57,060 nucleotides of DNA, filler included, from Dugesia japonica (GCA_001938525.1; 4 parts of 4 records of this genome joined end to end with filler, not necessarily neighbours in it); one strand, 5' to 3'. Counted from the whole stretch's first letter, positions 36,190 through 49,969 are shown. A program made the numbers and translations. The notes: generated by a model not told the origin, from the letters alone.

Positions 36190-38306
36190 ATGTCGAATCT
36201 AAATACTCATTCAGAAGAATGGATGGTCATTGATAACATTTTACCTTTCGAGGAACATCAATTTCAAGTCACTCACTTAGGATCCCATTATTATAGGCAA
36301 TATAGAGCTTTTGTTCACACATATACAATTTCTCCTGAATTAAATATTAAAACTTGTTTAGAATTTATTTTAGATGACATTACAAATAACAACCCATATT
36401 ACACCATAAAAATAACTGCTTATCACACTTTGATTAGATTAAATTCTAATAATTATTTCCATACAGGACGAAGAAAAATATAGTAAATAAATTCTTTGCT
36501 AAATTAGATCATGTTTTACAATCAGCTGATGACATAGATATTGATACAATAAAATTTGAATTTCTACTTATATCCATGCCAAGCGGAACATGACAAAACA
36601 ATCGCATTTATGGAGCATCTAAAATCAACTAATCAAATATTTCAAACCTTTGCTGCAAAATCTGTTTATACAATTCAAAATATGGATAAAATATGTTTAG
36701 CTAGAGCAACAGTAGTAGCTTTAACATATGACAACTTCGCTAGTAAAAATTATTTTGAATTTGACTCAAAAGATAATAGAAGAAAATATATTCACAGAGG
36801 AAATGCTTTTCAAACTGAATATGTTAATAGTTTGCAAATAAATCCTATAAATTCCTATAAATCATAATGGTAGCAATTAATGATTAAAAACAATTTGAAT
36901 TATTTTTAAATATAAGAATAATAGTTTATAATATTAACGATTTAATCGTATACAGAGGAATTGATTTTTTCAAAAAACAAACATTTATATATTTAGAGAA
37001 TAACCACTTTAATGCTATTTCTAAAATAGCTGCATTCTTAAAATCGAATAAATATTACCATAATTATTTAATAGGCTTTCAAAATGAGCATACATGCCCA
37101 ACGGGATTATTGTTGTCAAGAAAGAAAATTGTAAAATAAAATAACTGCGGCAAAGAATATTCAAAAAAATATAAACACAGTTGTAGCTACAAAAATTGCC
37201 CTGTGTGTCATGAATTTTATACGTCACCATTTAATAACCACAAGTGTTATATTAAAATTAATGGAGGAAAATTTAAAATTAGTAGCTCTTATATATTTTA
37301 TGACTTTGAAGCAACGAAAGAAACAAGAATTTGTCATTAAATGAACTATACTATTGCATATGATTCATTAAGGAAATTATTTTATAAATTTCAATTAAAA
37401 TATGTTACTTTATTTAAAATAAATTCAGACGTAACTAATGATGGAACTGGAGAACAAATAAAGTGAAAATCTGACGAATTAAATGATAATAATATATTTT
37501 CTAAATGTACTTTAATAAAACAAATAGTTATAAATGATTCAATATCTTTAATAGATACTTTCTGTAAATTTTTTATAAGCACGGATTTTAAAGATTATAC
37601 GTTTATAACTCATTACTCAAAAGGATAATATAATCAACCAATATTAGGTTGGTTAATTAAAAATAAATTACCTCTAGATGAAATAAGTAGAGGCAATAAA
37701 ATTATACACATACATGTTAAGTATTTTAATATTAGATTGATTGATTCATTAAATTTTACATTATGTGCGGTAAAAGCATTTCCAGAAACATTCGGCTTTA
37801 AAGGTAATAAAGGCAAATTTCCTCATTTAGCTAATACTCCAAATAATAAAAATTATGTAGGAAACTATCCTCCTTTATATTATTAAGGATATGATACAAT
37901 GAGCAATACTTTAAAGTAGAAATAATCTGACCAATTAACTATGAAACAAGAATTAAAAGCTTGGCACGATCAAAGAATATGTAAAAATGAAATATTTAAT
38001 TTTCAAAACGAACTATTTTATTATTGTTTAACTGATGTAATGATATTAACAAAAGGATGTTTAATATATAAAGATGTATATAAAAATATAAAGATGCATT
38101 ATGGTAATTTATTAAATTTAGATCCATTTCAATATATAACTATTGCACAAGTATGCACTAAAACTTTTATGTCTATAATAAATAATAATGTAACAGGGAT
38201 ACCAAGATTATCTGACTTTGAAGATGTTTATTCAACTAAATCTTTGAATTGGTTAGAATATTTAAATTACATAAATAAAGTAAATATTCAACTCATATTC
38301 TCATAA
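36190..38306 (+). pseudogene. Polinton protein-primed DNA polymerase B, N-terminal half (vOTU-like region, exonuclease), degraded
   Basis: KICLARA..VAL and LENNHFNAI; ExoI FYDFEA; ExoII ITHYSKG; RLIDSLNF, FPETFGL, KGKFPH; ExoIII YCLTDV; DPFQYITIA; YSTKSLNWLEY. Confidence 0.92.
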
Positions 38307-38760
38307 TATTCTCATTAATTAAGTAAAAATAAAACGTATCTCAAATTTGATAATTAAACTATCTATTCGATAGAGAATTTTACGGTAATTNACAATATCA
38401 TCATCTAAAATCGTCAAACATTATACATAAAAAGTTATATTGAAAAATAAGTACATACGTTTTGAGTCTCACAGAGGAAATAATAAATTTTCAAAGATTA
38501 ATTCGAATTTAAACATTAAATAATCTATTCGATAGAGGATTTTACGGTGAGTAAGAATAAATAAACTTAAAATCATCAAACGCTACCCTTAATAAAATAA
38601 TTTGATAAAACAAGGACTTATTGCTGGTTGCTCTCAATATAACAGTAATGTTGATTTTATTTTAAATAAATTAATTTTAAATAATTTTAATTTAAATATT
38701 TTAGAATCGATTGTTTTACTGTATCAACAACATTTAATTATACACACATGTTTTAAAGCC

Positions 38761-38768
38761 TATATAAA
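38761..38768 (+). promoter_or_regulatory. Candidate TATA box
   Basis: TATATAAA ~40 nt upstream of ATG 38802; weak evidence in AT-rich DNA. Confidence 0.3.
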
Positions 38769-38801
38769 CCAAAACTTTAATTTAGTATTCATTATTTCAA
38801 A

Positions 38802-39199
38802 ATGACATCCATGACATTGACTAAAGACAATGCGTCTACATTCGTTTTCAAATGTGGAAAGACAACCAATTACTACAAATATGAATTGGTTAACTTTAGG
38901 AATCCAGTCATGTACACATTTCTAGTACTTTTATTAATTATTATTTACTTTACTAAAACTTTTATTTAGGATCCGGTAAAACTAAAACAGTACTTGTATG
39001 ATCTATTGATTTCAAACATAAGTGCTAATAATCTTAAAAATTAAATGAATCAATAGCAATATACGAATCAGCATACATAAAATCAAAGGGTAAGGTTCAA
39101 AATGAAAAATGAATGATTAATGTTGAAATATTTGGTTATAAAAGTCTTGAAGATATAGTCAAACCTTTTGGAAAATTAAATCCATTCAAGTTTATTTAA
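38802..39199 (+). pseudogene. Spliced hypothetical protein homologous to 3607-3946
   Basis: 35-codon exon 1, intron 38907-38969, exon 2 DPVKLKQYLYDLLISNI...IAIYESAYI...MINVEIFGYK...KPFGKL; frameshift and stop. Confidence 0.5.
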
Positions 39200-39969
39200 T
39201 CCAATCACATATTATTCTATGTTCCAGTGATTGTTCTGTATGACATTTGGCAACAGAAATTGTAATATTAAAATAAATTATTTAAGTAACAAAGATTACT
39301 TAAAGTATTTGGATCTCTTTTCAATTTGCATTATTTGATTAATTTGTGTCATTATTCATCATACTATCATCTTTCAAAAAATCAGGAGAATAATTCATGT
39401 TATTTAATGGTTCAATTGAATGGTTGGTGAAAATTTAAGGAAAACCAAGGAAATTTATGGAACTTAGTGTATATTTATTGAAGTTCTTTATAGATATATT
39501 AAAACATTTTAAGTGACTTGAAGAAAACTTAGACATTTTAAAACTTAGTCTATATTTTGTATGTTTTAATTAAAGTTAATTAAAAATTTATTGAGAAAAT
39601 CTATGGAAATTTAAGAAAATTATTTCATGTTTATTACAATGAATGATCAAATGTATTCAGCTAATAGACTATTTAGAATGAATAGTCAAATGGTTGGATT
39701 AATTACTTGTTTTAAAATTAGAAGGCTTATTTTTCAAATAACTTAATAGGTGAATGAAATAATTTGAGTATTTAACATAATAAATAACTATGTAAATTGA
39801 TTGTATTGGATTAAATTAATTAACTGTATCATTAGGTGTAAGACGAAATGGATTATAAATATAAAATCATGTTAACCCTGTGTAAACATAAGAATCATCT
39901 TAGTGTTTATTTTAATGAAAATGTTGATTATTGCTTATAAATTTATATATAATGGAACAAATTAAGCAC

Positions 39970-40800
39970 ATTTAATGTATTAAGTGACTGTATTGATTAG
40001 CTTGAACGATTAGATTAAGATAAATGGAAGAATTGAATACAATGTATAAGTCAAGTACGTAAATGAATTGAGTGTATAGGTTTAATAAATGTATCGGATG
40101 CATTGAATGTAGTAGGTTTATTGACTGTATTGGGTTAATGAATGTATTGGGTTTAATGATTCGTATTGCTCTAGATATAAGGTATACAAGTGTTGTCAAA
40201 TTTTGCTTTGTAATATTGAACAATTTCTAAAAGATTTTACTTGTATAAACGAATAACAAATTTTGGAAATTTGAAAAGATTACATTTATTGGAAATAATG
40301 AATTTAATTACTAATGAAGTTAATTAAAATCTATTGTAGGTCCATTTAAAAAATTATGACGAAATAAAACGTGTTTATATAAAATGATTACACACATGTT
40401 TTATAATTAATTTGATGTGATTAAACATACATAAAATTCGTTAACATTAGTATATTAATCAACAAATGTTATCCTTAATGAAATAAATCAAAAAGCAAGT
40501 ACTTCACATAAGTTGTTTTCTAGTAATATTAAATAATGGATGATTCCAAACAGTATTAATGTTCAAATTAGATTCTCTCAGTCAAAGTTAATATCTAATC
40601 AGGTCTATTTTTTTATTGGTTTTGACTCCTTTGGGCGATAATTTACTCTTCATTGGTCTTTTCTCTCACTTTTTAGTTTTCTTACTGTTTACTATTCCTC
40701 AGTGATCAATGTTGTGTATACCGTTTTTGTGCACTTGTGTTGAGTTATCAATACTGTGCTCACTGTACACTGAACACTAGCCCTCAGTTATCAAAGCTTT
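39970..40800 (+). repeat. Diverged direct copy of the interior (~7560-8300) of the TIR element
   Basis: Collinear shared blocks such as AATGTAGTAGGTTTATTGA, CTAGATATAAG.TATACAAGTGTT and GGATGATTCC.AACAGTATT. Confidence 0.85.
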
Positions 40801-41093
40801 GATCATTGTGCACTGGATTTCATTCATCAATACTCAATGGTTTTAATCCACGTTTTGCTGATCTTCCCTCTTCATTTATGGTAAATGTACTGTTTGAATT
40901 ATTTTAAAACTTCATAAATTTTGCATTAATTATTTTACTTTGATTGAATAAAATTTCTATTTCAGGATTTAATTAATTAATTTGAAAGGTTAATAATGCT
41001 TTTATGAATAATTGGTTAGAATTCTAATGATTAAATAAATTTATATGTTACAAATTGATAATCAATGGGTAAATTAATTGATAAGAGTGTCTA

Positions 41094-41520
41094 TTTTCAA
41101 AGGCTTTTCCTATATTAATGGAAATATGTGTATAATTAACCGGTTATTTGGGTTTATTGGTTGTAAAGTATAGATTAAGGGTTAAGTTTAGACCTGACTA
41201 TATGGAATAATTAATGAAAAGATTAAACCATTAACTGTGTGATCAATATGTAAATGATGATAACGAGTATTGTGTATGTTAAAATTTGATGATAGCTATA
41301 GTTGTGTACTATGACTTAAATTTTATGATAGCGAATATTATTCTATATATGATTAATAGGTGAATAATGCATATAAGTTGGAATGAACTTAAATTTTCAA
41401 AGGATTTTATTATGTTAAGGTTAAAAATATGTGAATAAGTAACCGCTTATTTAGTTTATTGGTTATAAAAGATAGGTTAAGTTTAGTTTAAAACTGACTG
41501 TATGGAATAATTGATTAAAT
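41094..41520. repeat. Diverged ~125-bp direct repeat at 300-bp spacing
   Basis: TTTTCAAAGG...GTTTATTGGTT...CTGACT.TATGGAATAATT at 41094-41220 and 41394-41520. Confidence 0.7.
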
Positions 41521-42727
41521 CCAGCGACGTGCTAAGTGTGGTTGCAAGGGGTGCACAGGATGGCAGGCTAAAAAAGTTTGTTGAAGAAATACTAGTTGTC
41601 CAATCTTTATTATGTTCAGGTTGTTTTCAACCTACTGCTTATTATTTAAATAGGTAAAATTTGTAAGTATATTATATACTTATGTATGTAAATAAATACT
41701 ACAAAAAAGACGCCATTCGTAACATTGTTAAAATATAAAATATTAAACCTATTAAAACGATGGTTAATATTATTATACGTATTTATAGCATAATATTTAA
41801 TTTTATGGTCACACATATTTATAAAATATTAAACTTTATGCGTGGTAAGTTTCATTGAAATTTTTGAGTTAAAAAGCTTTTAAGTAACGTTTGTTAGATG
41901 TCAGAGAAAAGAAGAAAGCTATCCAATGCAACATATAGAAAACGAAAACTTAAAAAAGAAGAAAAATCAAGAAAGGAATCACTTCAATTGCGAAATTTTT
42001 TCAATCAGTTCATTCCTCAAGCAATGCAACGCTTTTTAAAACTGATGACAAGTTGCCACATTTTCCATGTAAATAATATGAAGATGCAATCAATGCGAAT
42101 GAAAGAGAACAAAGCAGTTTATCTTCTGCACCAGAGAAAATATCGTTACAATTGGAGTTTGAGGTATCAACACAAATACATACAACGGAAGATGCGGAAC
42201 CAGATTCTACCTCTATTAGAAATGAAAGTAAAGATTTATCAAATATTACTGAATTAGATTTAAATGATCCAAGTCTATGGCCAAAAATAATTGAAAATAG
42301 AATGTCAATAATAGAAATAGAACCAAAACAAGTGAAAAATTTTAACTTTCCGGTAAATAATAAAAGATTTTTGGGGTGACTTATTACATAAAAAATTAAG
42401 TAACGGAGAAAAAATAAATAGAGATTGACTAGTTTTTTTTACATCCAAAAATTCAGTATATTGTTTTATTGTAAAATATTTGCAAACATTGATAACGCCT
42501 TGAAAATGGGTATTGTGATTGTAAACACTTATCACGAACTAAATGAAGACATGAAAAAACTAAAGCTCATATAAACAATTTTAAATTTGTTATTGATTTA
42601 AATCAAATATTTTACAATTGCAATTATTGCAAGAATAATTGTTGGACATAACCATTGATCGTTTTACAGAATTCATTTAAAATAAAAGCTTCGATCAAAA
42701 TTTTTGATTTTTTTATTGAAACTTGAT

Positions 42728-42768
42728 ATCAATTCGATATTTCAACCTTGTCTTCGTCAGAAATTGAC
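42728..42768 (-). ncRNA. Minimal type I hammerhead ribozyme (best-preserved copy)
   Basis: GTCAATTT-CTGACGA-A-GAC AAG GTT-GAAA-TA-TC-GAATTGAT: 8-bp stem I with wobbles, 3-bp stem II, palindromic ATAT stem III. Confidence 0.7.
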
Positions 42769-42770
42769 TT

Positions 42771-42804
42771 TTTCCTGACGAAGACAAGGTCGAAATATCA
42801 AATT
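42771..42804 (+). ncRNA. Minimal hammerhead motif (perfect core and stem II, damaged stem I)
   Basis: TTTC-CTGACGA-A-GAC AAG GTC-GAAA-TA-TC-AAATT. Confidence 0.6.
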
Positions 42805-44551
42805 TCAAAAAAAATTTTGTTCGAATCTTTTATTTTAAATGAATTAAATAAATAAAAATAAAACTGTTGATGCGTTGAATGAAAAATTAATTACATTAGA
42901 AAAAAAGAGATTGCGATTAGATATAGAACGAATTATTCACGGTGTTCAATATTTAGCAGTACAAAATTACAGCATTTTGAGGAACAAATAACAAATTGTT
43001 TGACGCACATTACGGAAATTTTTTAAAATTAATAGAAACGTTTGCTAAACTTGATGGTGTCATGGTTGAACAGTTAAACCGTGTTCAAAGTAATGAGAAT
43101 AAAATGCCACATTATTTAGGTGAAAAAATTCAAAATGAGTTAATATTTTCAATAGGAGGAAAAATTCAAACAGAAATAATTTCTTTACTTCAATTAGTAG
43201 TGCAAATATTATGCAATAATATTAGACTGTACTTCCAATATTAGCCACCAGGAACAAATAACTATTATTGTGCAATTTGTATATTTAAATAATACTAATA
43301 ACAAAATTGAAATTAGAGAACATTTTTTAGGCCTTTGTCCTATATTAGATTCTACTGGAGAGGGATTAACCAAATTTATAATAGACTTTTTAAATCAAGA
43401 AAATATTAGCATGTACGATATGCGGGAACAAGGCTATGATAATGGTGCTAATATGAAAGTAAAACATAATCGTCTCTAAAAAGAAATTTTAGATGTAAAT
43501 CCTAGAGCTTTTTATTTGCCATGTGCTTCACATAGTTTAAATTTATTTATTAATGATGCCGCAAAGGCGTCTCTTGAAATTACTACCTTTTTACTTTGAT
43601 TCAAGAAATTTATGTTTTCTTTTCATCTTCAACTCGTCGTTGGCAAGTTTTAATGAAAGAGTATTCTTCATTGACTGTTAAACCAGTGTCTGAAACAAGA
43701 TGAGAAAATAGAATCAACGCTGTAAAAGTTTTAAGGTATAATTTGGAATCAATTTATGATGCATTATACGTTTTATTTAATGATTTATCTTGAGATGTTA
43801 ATACAAGAAATATGGCCAAATCTTTAATAAAAATAATCAAATCATACAAACTTATATGTTCCATAGTTATTTGATCTAACATATTATTCAAGGTAAATAT
43901 TGTAAGTAAATGTTTGCAAAAATGTGATTTAGTTATACCAACTGCCTTCGAAATGCTGAAAAACCTCAAAGATTCCTTACTAAAATATAGATCGGATGAT
44001 AATTTTAAAAATATGATGAATGAAGCAAAAAAGATTGCACAGGAGATCAATTTTGAAACTGAGTTCCCAGTGGTTGATATAATAAGACCTCGTAAAAAAT
44101 AGAAAATATTTATGTATGAAAATATGGATGAAAGTTCTCAATTGCCATTAGAAAATTATAAAGTTAATTTTCTTTCACTATTTTAGATACAGCAATAACA
44201 AAAATAGAGGAAAGATGTGAGCAAATAACAGTCCATAACGAAACTTTTCATTTTTTTAAATGACATTTAAACGTTGCTAGAATTGAATAGAGGTACTAAA
44301 TTTAAATATTGTATGAATTTGCAACTTAAATTGTTCGATAATGAGCGAAATAAATCTGATATAAATGCATTAGATTTATGTGATGAAATTGAAATACTTT
44401 TAACNNNNNNNNNNNNNNNNNNNNNNNNNNNNNNNNNNNNNNNNNNNNTTAATTAATTAANNNNNNNNNNNNNNNNNNNNNNNNNNNNNNNNNNNNNNNN
44501 NNNNAAAAGAAATTAATGTCTTATTCTTTAAATACCTTTGAGCATATATAT

Positions 44552-44905
44552 AGAGATTACCCATACCATGCATAAATACATAGACTGTCCATAACATGCA
44601 TAAATTTCTTGTAATATTAGATAAAAAAATATCAACACTGCCCATATCTTGTAATAATATTAAGACTGCCCATACCTTGTAATAATATCTTAAAAAATAT
44701 CAAGACTGCCCATATCTTGTAATAATATCTTAAAAAATATCAAGACTGTCCCATTTCATGCATAAATAAATTAATTTAATCAATTTAATTTTATTAAATT
44801 TAATTTAATTTAATTATATTAAAAAGATTTCTCTACTATTCTATGCAAAATATAAATACTTCGAATCCAAAATATCAAGACTGCCCCATCTCATACATAA
44901 ACATA
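44552..44905. repeat. Degenerate ~28-40-bp tandem repeat
   Basis: AAGACTGCCCATATCTTGTAATAATATCTTAAAAAATATC units. Confidence 0.8.
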
Positions 44906-45214
44906 AACTCTTCTCACAAAAAAAAATAAAATTTCAATTACCAACAAAATTCTAGTATTAATTAAAGAAAACATTTTCATTAATTAAAACAAAAAAAAGT
45001 TCATAAATTAAAACAAACCATTTTCAATTATTAAAACAAAAAAGTCCATTAATTAAAACAAAAAACAAATAAAAAAAATTCCCTCTTCAAAAAAGGTAAA
45101 AAGAAAGATAAAAAAATAATGAAAAAAGAGGTAAAAATAAAGATTAAAAAATTGATCCGATCAAAAAATTCTGTTCAAAAAAGAAAATTGATTCGAACAA
45201 AAAAAATATTTAGT

Positions 45215-46437
45215 GCGTGGCCAGCAATAGCTTGTGTCAAGTTTACTTGCAGCAGGGCTTGTTCACGTTTGATGTAGTCGAGGAAACTCCAAATATTAGG
45301 ATAATTACAACCAACATTTGACTGGAAACGTCTGTGCTATCCTTCAACAGAGTTGTTTGTTCTCAGAAGTTCATCTTGTGATCGTTGGTACATGTTGCAA
45401 AGATCACTTTGAAAGATAGGCGGACGAAATCCTCGTCTCTGTGGTCTGCCAATGTAGGTGTCTTCAAAATAATCGACGACAGGTTGTGCTTTAGCCGGAA
45501 GTTCATTAGACAACTCTTCAAATACAGCCGCCACATCTGGGGGATGAACGAACGCTAGGGCTGCAATCATCTTCATTTTCAGTGAAAAGTCGCCATCTTC
45601 TTGATATCGTTGTTGTAGGCCGTGCTAATGGATCTTTCTATAGACATTTTGGCCGAAATGGAAGAAGCATCCCTTGACTACAGAAAATTGAAGGTCCTGT
45701 TTTCAACGAAACCGTCAAGGAACCAGTGTGGAGAACGTTGTNNNNNNNNNNNNNNNNNNNNNNNNNNNNNNNNNNNNNNNNNNNNNNNNNNAATTTCAGA
45801 TAATCGCACTAATTACATCACTAATCGGCGGGGGGGGGTTCACTGAATATGTGCTGGCTATTACTCCCACTATCCATCTACTGTCGCACTTTCTTCTTGA
45901 TATCGTTGTTGTAGGCCGTGCTAATGGATCTTTCTATAGACATTTTGGCTGAAATGGAAGAAGCATCCCTTGACTACAGAAAATTGAAGATCCTGTTTTC
46001 AACGAAACCGTCAAGGAACCAGTGTGGAGAACGTTGTTAAAGATCCAAATTGTTTTGTGTTCCAAAAATTAACATTCCGGTTGCTGTTGGACCGGAATCA
46101 AACAAAAGAAAATTCTGACCGTCGCTTGTTATCTTGTATTCATCTAATAAGACAAAGTCTTCAGCAGATAATGGAACTGGAATTGGATTAATTGTTCGTT
46201 GCCGGAAGCGTCGTAGATCACGTCGTACATGGTGAAGAGTTGATAACTTTGATGCAGCATTGAAAAGAAAAAAATATTTCATTTTCCTCAAAATTTTAAT
46301 TATTTCGTCCGGGGGAAATTGTCCAAGACTCATTTAGCTTATTAAAATTTNNNTAAAAAATTTTTTTGCGGTTTTAATCTCTTAAAATATTATTTTTTTC
46401 CGGGGGAAATTGTCCGGGGGAATATTGTCCTGATACC
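45215..46437 (-). mobile_element. Mutator-like (MULE) transposon remnant with one terminal repeat
   Basis: FLLFDSG...IFGT, GCFFHFGQ, IAALAFV, DYFEDTYIG, RTNNSVEG*H; end GGTATCAGGACAATATTCCCCCGGACAATTTCCCCCGG with iterated GGACAATTTCCCCCGG. Confidence 0.9.
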
Positions 46438-46439
46438 CT

Positions 46440-46630
46440 TGAGAGGCACGATACATTTCAATATTAAATTCGTCTGACGAAATTGCATTAAAAAATCTTA
46501 CTCTGCTTTTCTCTATTTTTCCTTCTACGTTTTCACTTTGATATTGAGAGCAATAGCTCAATAATATTCTAGATAATCCGTCTGCATTGTTATGATTTTC
46601 AGACTTCATGAAAAGCAGCCTTGTCTGTCT
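46440..46630 (-). pseudogene. Gypsy RNase H-integrase linker fragment
   Basis: ENHNNADGLSR..CSQ. Confidence 0.6.
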
Positions 46631-47559
46631 CAATGTTGAGACAACTTTGATGTATGCTATTTTATTTTAAAATATTTTATTTATACTACATGAATTTGTA
46701 ACAAATAAATATAAATTAACAATTTTATTAATCAGCAAACTATATAAAAATTCCGTGTTTATTAGGCAAGTGAATCATTATCAACTTGCAATTGCTAGTT
46801 CATACATTGTCGTGGAAGTTCCTAATTTCTCTACCAAGTTTTCTAATAATCTGAGGATTTCTTTCATGGTAGTTTTTGCTCGTCAGTTGCCAAGTTGTAA
46901 AATTTATTCTATTGATTTAAATTTCTTTTATCTTTTTTAAAATTTTCCTGACAGTTCTTATGTTATTTTCTTTTTTTTGAAGATTTGCTAATCTTATTAA
47001 TAAAAAAAGTTATGGAAATAGAAACACGAAAATAATACTAAAACAGATTAGATTTTATCCTTTTAAGTTGGATATGTTTAACAATCGCTGAAATATTAAG
47101 ACTGTCGTCTCTATTTTGCTTTCTAATTTCTTGCAATATTTGTCTATGAGGTCTGTACATTTCTAAAAAATTTAAAATTATAAAACATAAAAAGTTCAAA
47201 AATTTAGTATTAAATAATTATTTATATATATTTATATATATATTTAAATAGATTATTTAAACAAACAAATGTTTTGAGAAAATGACGTTTTATTAAATTA
47301 TTTTTATTAATTTTTAAGATTAATCGAAAAACATCATTTGACTGTATGCTACGATTCGTGAAATAACTGTCAATATGACTGTTCTCTATATTTTGCTTTC
47401 TAATTGCAATTATTCTAATATTCGTCTATTATGTATTTACATTTTTAAAAAATTTAAAATTATAAAAAAATTAAAAATTCAAAAATTTATTAGTATATTA
47501 ATATATTTGCTTTATTATTTTGATGATCAGCCAACAATGAATATTCAACGCTTACACGC

Positions 47560-48098
47560 TTAGCCATTACTTTTCCATCTAGTATTACATAATTATGTTC
47601 ATTCATTTCGGTTTCGGATATTTCGGTTGATCCATAAAATTAAGTTTTAATGAATCACATAGAAAGAATGGTAAAGATCCTTTAATAGACGTTTTTCTAT
47701 TGTCTTCTGATCTATATCCCATTGCCGCCATCACCATTACAGTTTATTTTAGTTTCAATCATTACTTTTTTCAATTTTGAAATTGTTAAATGAAAGGATT
47801 ACATCTTTAAAAAGAGTATGAAATATAAAGTTAATAGGAATAGCTTCATGAGTTTCAGCCACTGATTTACCGTGCTTATTAATTATCTTCCCTTGAAAAA
47901 ACATGGAAGTATTATTCAAATCTAAATACTCTCTTTGTTGTTCCATTTATAAAAAACTATATAATTTCGTGATACTGAAATTAAAATCATTGGAAATACA
48001 TCTTCAAACGAATAAAATTCAACAACTACTTTTGTAGATGGCCGAGTAAAAATATATAATTCAGTTTTATCGCAAATAATTTTTTAATATTGTTCCAT
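47560..48098 (-). pseudogene. Polinton major capsid protein, N-terminal fragment
   Basis: ICDKTELYIFTRPSTK..., EYLDLNNTSMFFQGKII...PINFIFHTLFKDV.LSFN. Confidence 0.85.
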
Positions 48099-48129
48099 GT
48101 CCTCTAATTTGTTTGTTTATAAGTGACTC

Positions 48130-48800
48130 GGTTTTTTAGGTTTTTCATATCCATCAAACTTTACATAGTATTATTTATTCTTACCGCTTTCTTTTGATAG
48201 GATGATTTTTTAATTCTAAATATCTCTGGTAGTGGAATGACTTGTAATTCTTCTTCATAGAATTTTCCTTCCACGATATCATCTTCATAATCTTTAATGA
48301 CATAGATGATTGGATTTTGTTTCGTGTTGATTTTTGTTATATGAAATATTTCAACAATCCAATTACTATTGAAATTCTTGATAAATGGTGAGGATGATAT
48401 TTTCGATATTCTCACATGGTCACCCACTTTATATTTTGGTTTTTATTTACATTGCAAATTAGCTGAATACATCAATACGTGTCAAAATATGCTTGTCACA
48501 TTTATTAAGTTTTGAATATGAAATAATTTCCATCAAACACATTTGCCATAATTCGTTAATACCATATGTTCCATATGTTCTCTTGTTGGAAATGTTATCA
48601 ACATCAGCTTGTTTGGACTGTATTCAAGCTTTCGTGATAATCATTTTTCGTCTTTCTATTCAATTTTTAAATTTCTTTCATTTACCCCCTCATTTGTTTA
48701 CCACCTAAGGACCTGCGTGGATCTTCAGTTTCCCCATTACAACGATTCGATGAAATTTCGAGTAAAAATTAAGCAAAGATTGTAATCTACAATTAGTTTA
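48130..48800 (-). pseudogene. Polinton integrase with catalytic core deleted
   Basis: GINELWQM.LME..YSKLN...ILTRIDVFS joined directly to KPKYKVGDHVRISK...GKFYEEELQ and YYVKFDGYEKP. Confidence 0.88.
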
Positions 48801-48809
48801 TTTGAAATG

Positions 48810-49105
48810 AGTTCATCCTAGTGCTTCTAACGTAATTTTTAGTTATGCAGTTATAAAACCCCACCTGTTTATTCATAACGCGCCTCATCAATTTTCTGAT
48901 TTTTGTGTTTACATGAGTTAATAATGTTTTTTTCATGTTTTTTCAATACTTCCTTTCTCTCTTTACTCAATACTACATTGCCACGGACAATATTTATGAT
49001 AATCTCAAGAAAAACATGTATAACATATGGTGGAAATGATTGCAGAAGTTTCTTTTTCAAAGATTTTGACTATTTAATTAATGCTGTAAAAACGGAATAC
49101 TTCAT
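48810..49105 (-). pseudogene. Conserved small Polinton virion/core protein
   Basis: LEIIINIVRGNVVLSKERKEVLKKHEK followed, after a frameshift, by TGGFITA.L (GGF putative protease site plus hydrophobic tail). Confidence 0.7.
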
Positions 49106-49139
49106 TGAAATTTTACTTTTATCAACAACTATTTGATCT

Positions 49140-49631
49140 ATAATATGTTTAAATAGAACCAAGTATTGCACGTTCTATGAAAACCACGTTGATAAAATAG
49201 ATTTTGAGTAATAAATATCAGTCACATTACAATGTTTTGATAATAATGTTTAATTGATTACAATATTAATAATAATAATAATAATAATAATTGATTACAA
49301 TAATAATAATAATAATAATGATTGATTACAATGTTTTGTGAATAAATTATTGAAATCCTTCTCTTTATTTGCCTCTTGATACAAATTGTCAATAACAATA
49401 AAATCACCTGGTTTCAATCTCTTGCTCCAATTTTTTTCAAATACGTTTAAATTCTTTATTTTAATATTATGAAGTTCTTATTGACTCAGCGCATTCTCTT
49501 TATCTGCACTATTATACAAGTATATCTTGTTATATTTAGACTTGAATAAATTTGTTTCATACAAACAAAGTTTCTCAATTCCCACTAGGTCCAACAATTT
49601 GGTAAACTGAATCATTTCTTAATTTATCCAT
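49140..49631 (-). pseudogene. Polinton packaging ATPase, copy B
   Basis: YQIVGPSG (Walker A); SKRLKPGDFIVIDNLYQEANKEK, nearly identical to copy A; interrupted by an (AAT)n expansion at ~49245-49330. Confidence 0.88.
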
Positions 49632-49745
49632 CTTGACTTTAAATTTATAGATATTGTAGTACATTGTTTATATTTGTTTTATCGAATCAATTAAATTAAT
49701 TCTAAAAAATCCCTAATGGACCTCCTAAAATTCATTTCATTAATT

Positions 49746-49966
49746 ATGATAACCGATATTAGTTACAGAGGTCGAAAGAAGTAACAAATACAATGAGTTT
49801 TCCTATTCGCAAGCCATGCCAATTCAAAGTCAACAGCAACAAGTATACAATTATATTTTTCAGGACGGGGAAGTTTATTTTCATGGGGTTTAAGAGACCT
49901 TTAGAACCACAAGATTTGATCCCCTATCATATTAAAAATAAATGATTACAATAGCTAACAATTGTC
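49746..49966 (+). pseudogene. TBP-like gene, copy B (3' truncated)
   Basis: MITDISYRG..MSFPIRKPCQF..NKYTIIFFRTGKFIFMGFKRPLE...LQ*LTIV is collinear with copy A. Confidence 0.75.
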
Positions 49967-49969
49967 GTT

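Larger units (their letters stand above)
42610..42845. mobile_element. Palindromic double-hammerhead element (copy 2) inserted in the hAT ORF
   Basis: Same ends and architecture as 10212-10466; interrupts the transposase reading. Confidence 0.8.
41522..44404 (+). mobile_element. hAT transposon (ZMYM1-like/Tip100-type transposase), degraded; 3' end lost in gap
   Basis: CAG-starting GC-rich end; DPSLWP, GNFLKLI, IQNELI, IILDCT.NISHQEQ, EHFLG, QGYDNGANM, PCASHSLNL, ETR*. Confidence 0.92.

Noticed and set aside
28145-38550. Recurrent CTATTCGATAGAGAATTTTAC motif (~28173, ~38363, ~38525)
   Set aside because: Looks like ordinary subterminal repeats of non-autonomous DNA elements; no further structure supportable.
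45596-46037. ~145-bp near-identical duplication in the MULE
   Set aside because: Straddles an N gap; a likely assembly overlap or trivial local duplication.
47095-47500. ~130-bp diverged direct repeat
   Set aside because: AT-rich local duplication with no coding or terminal signal.
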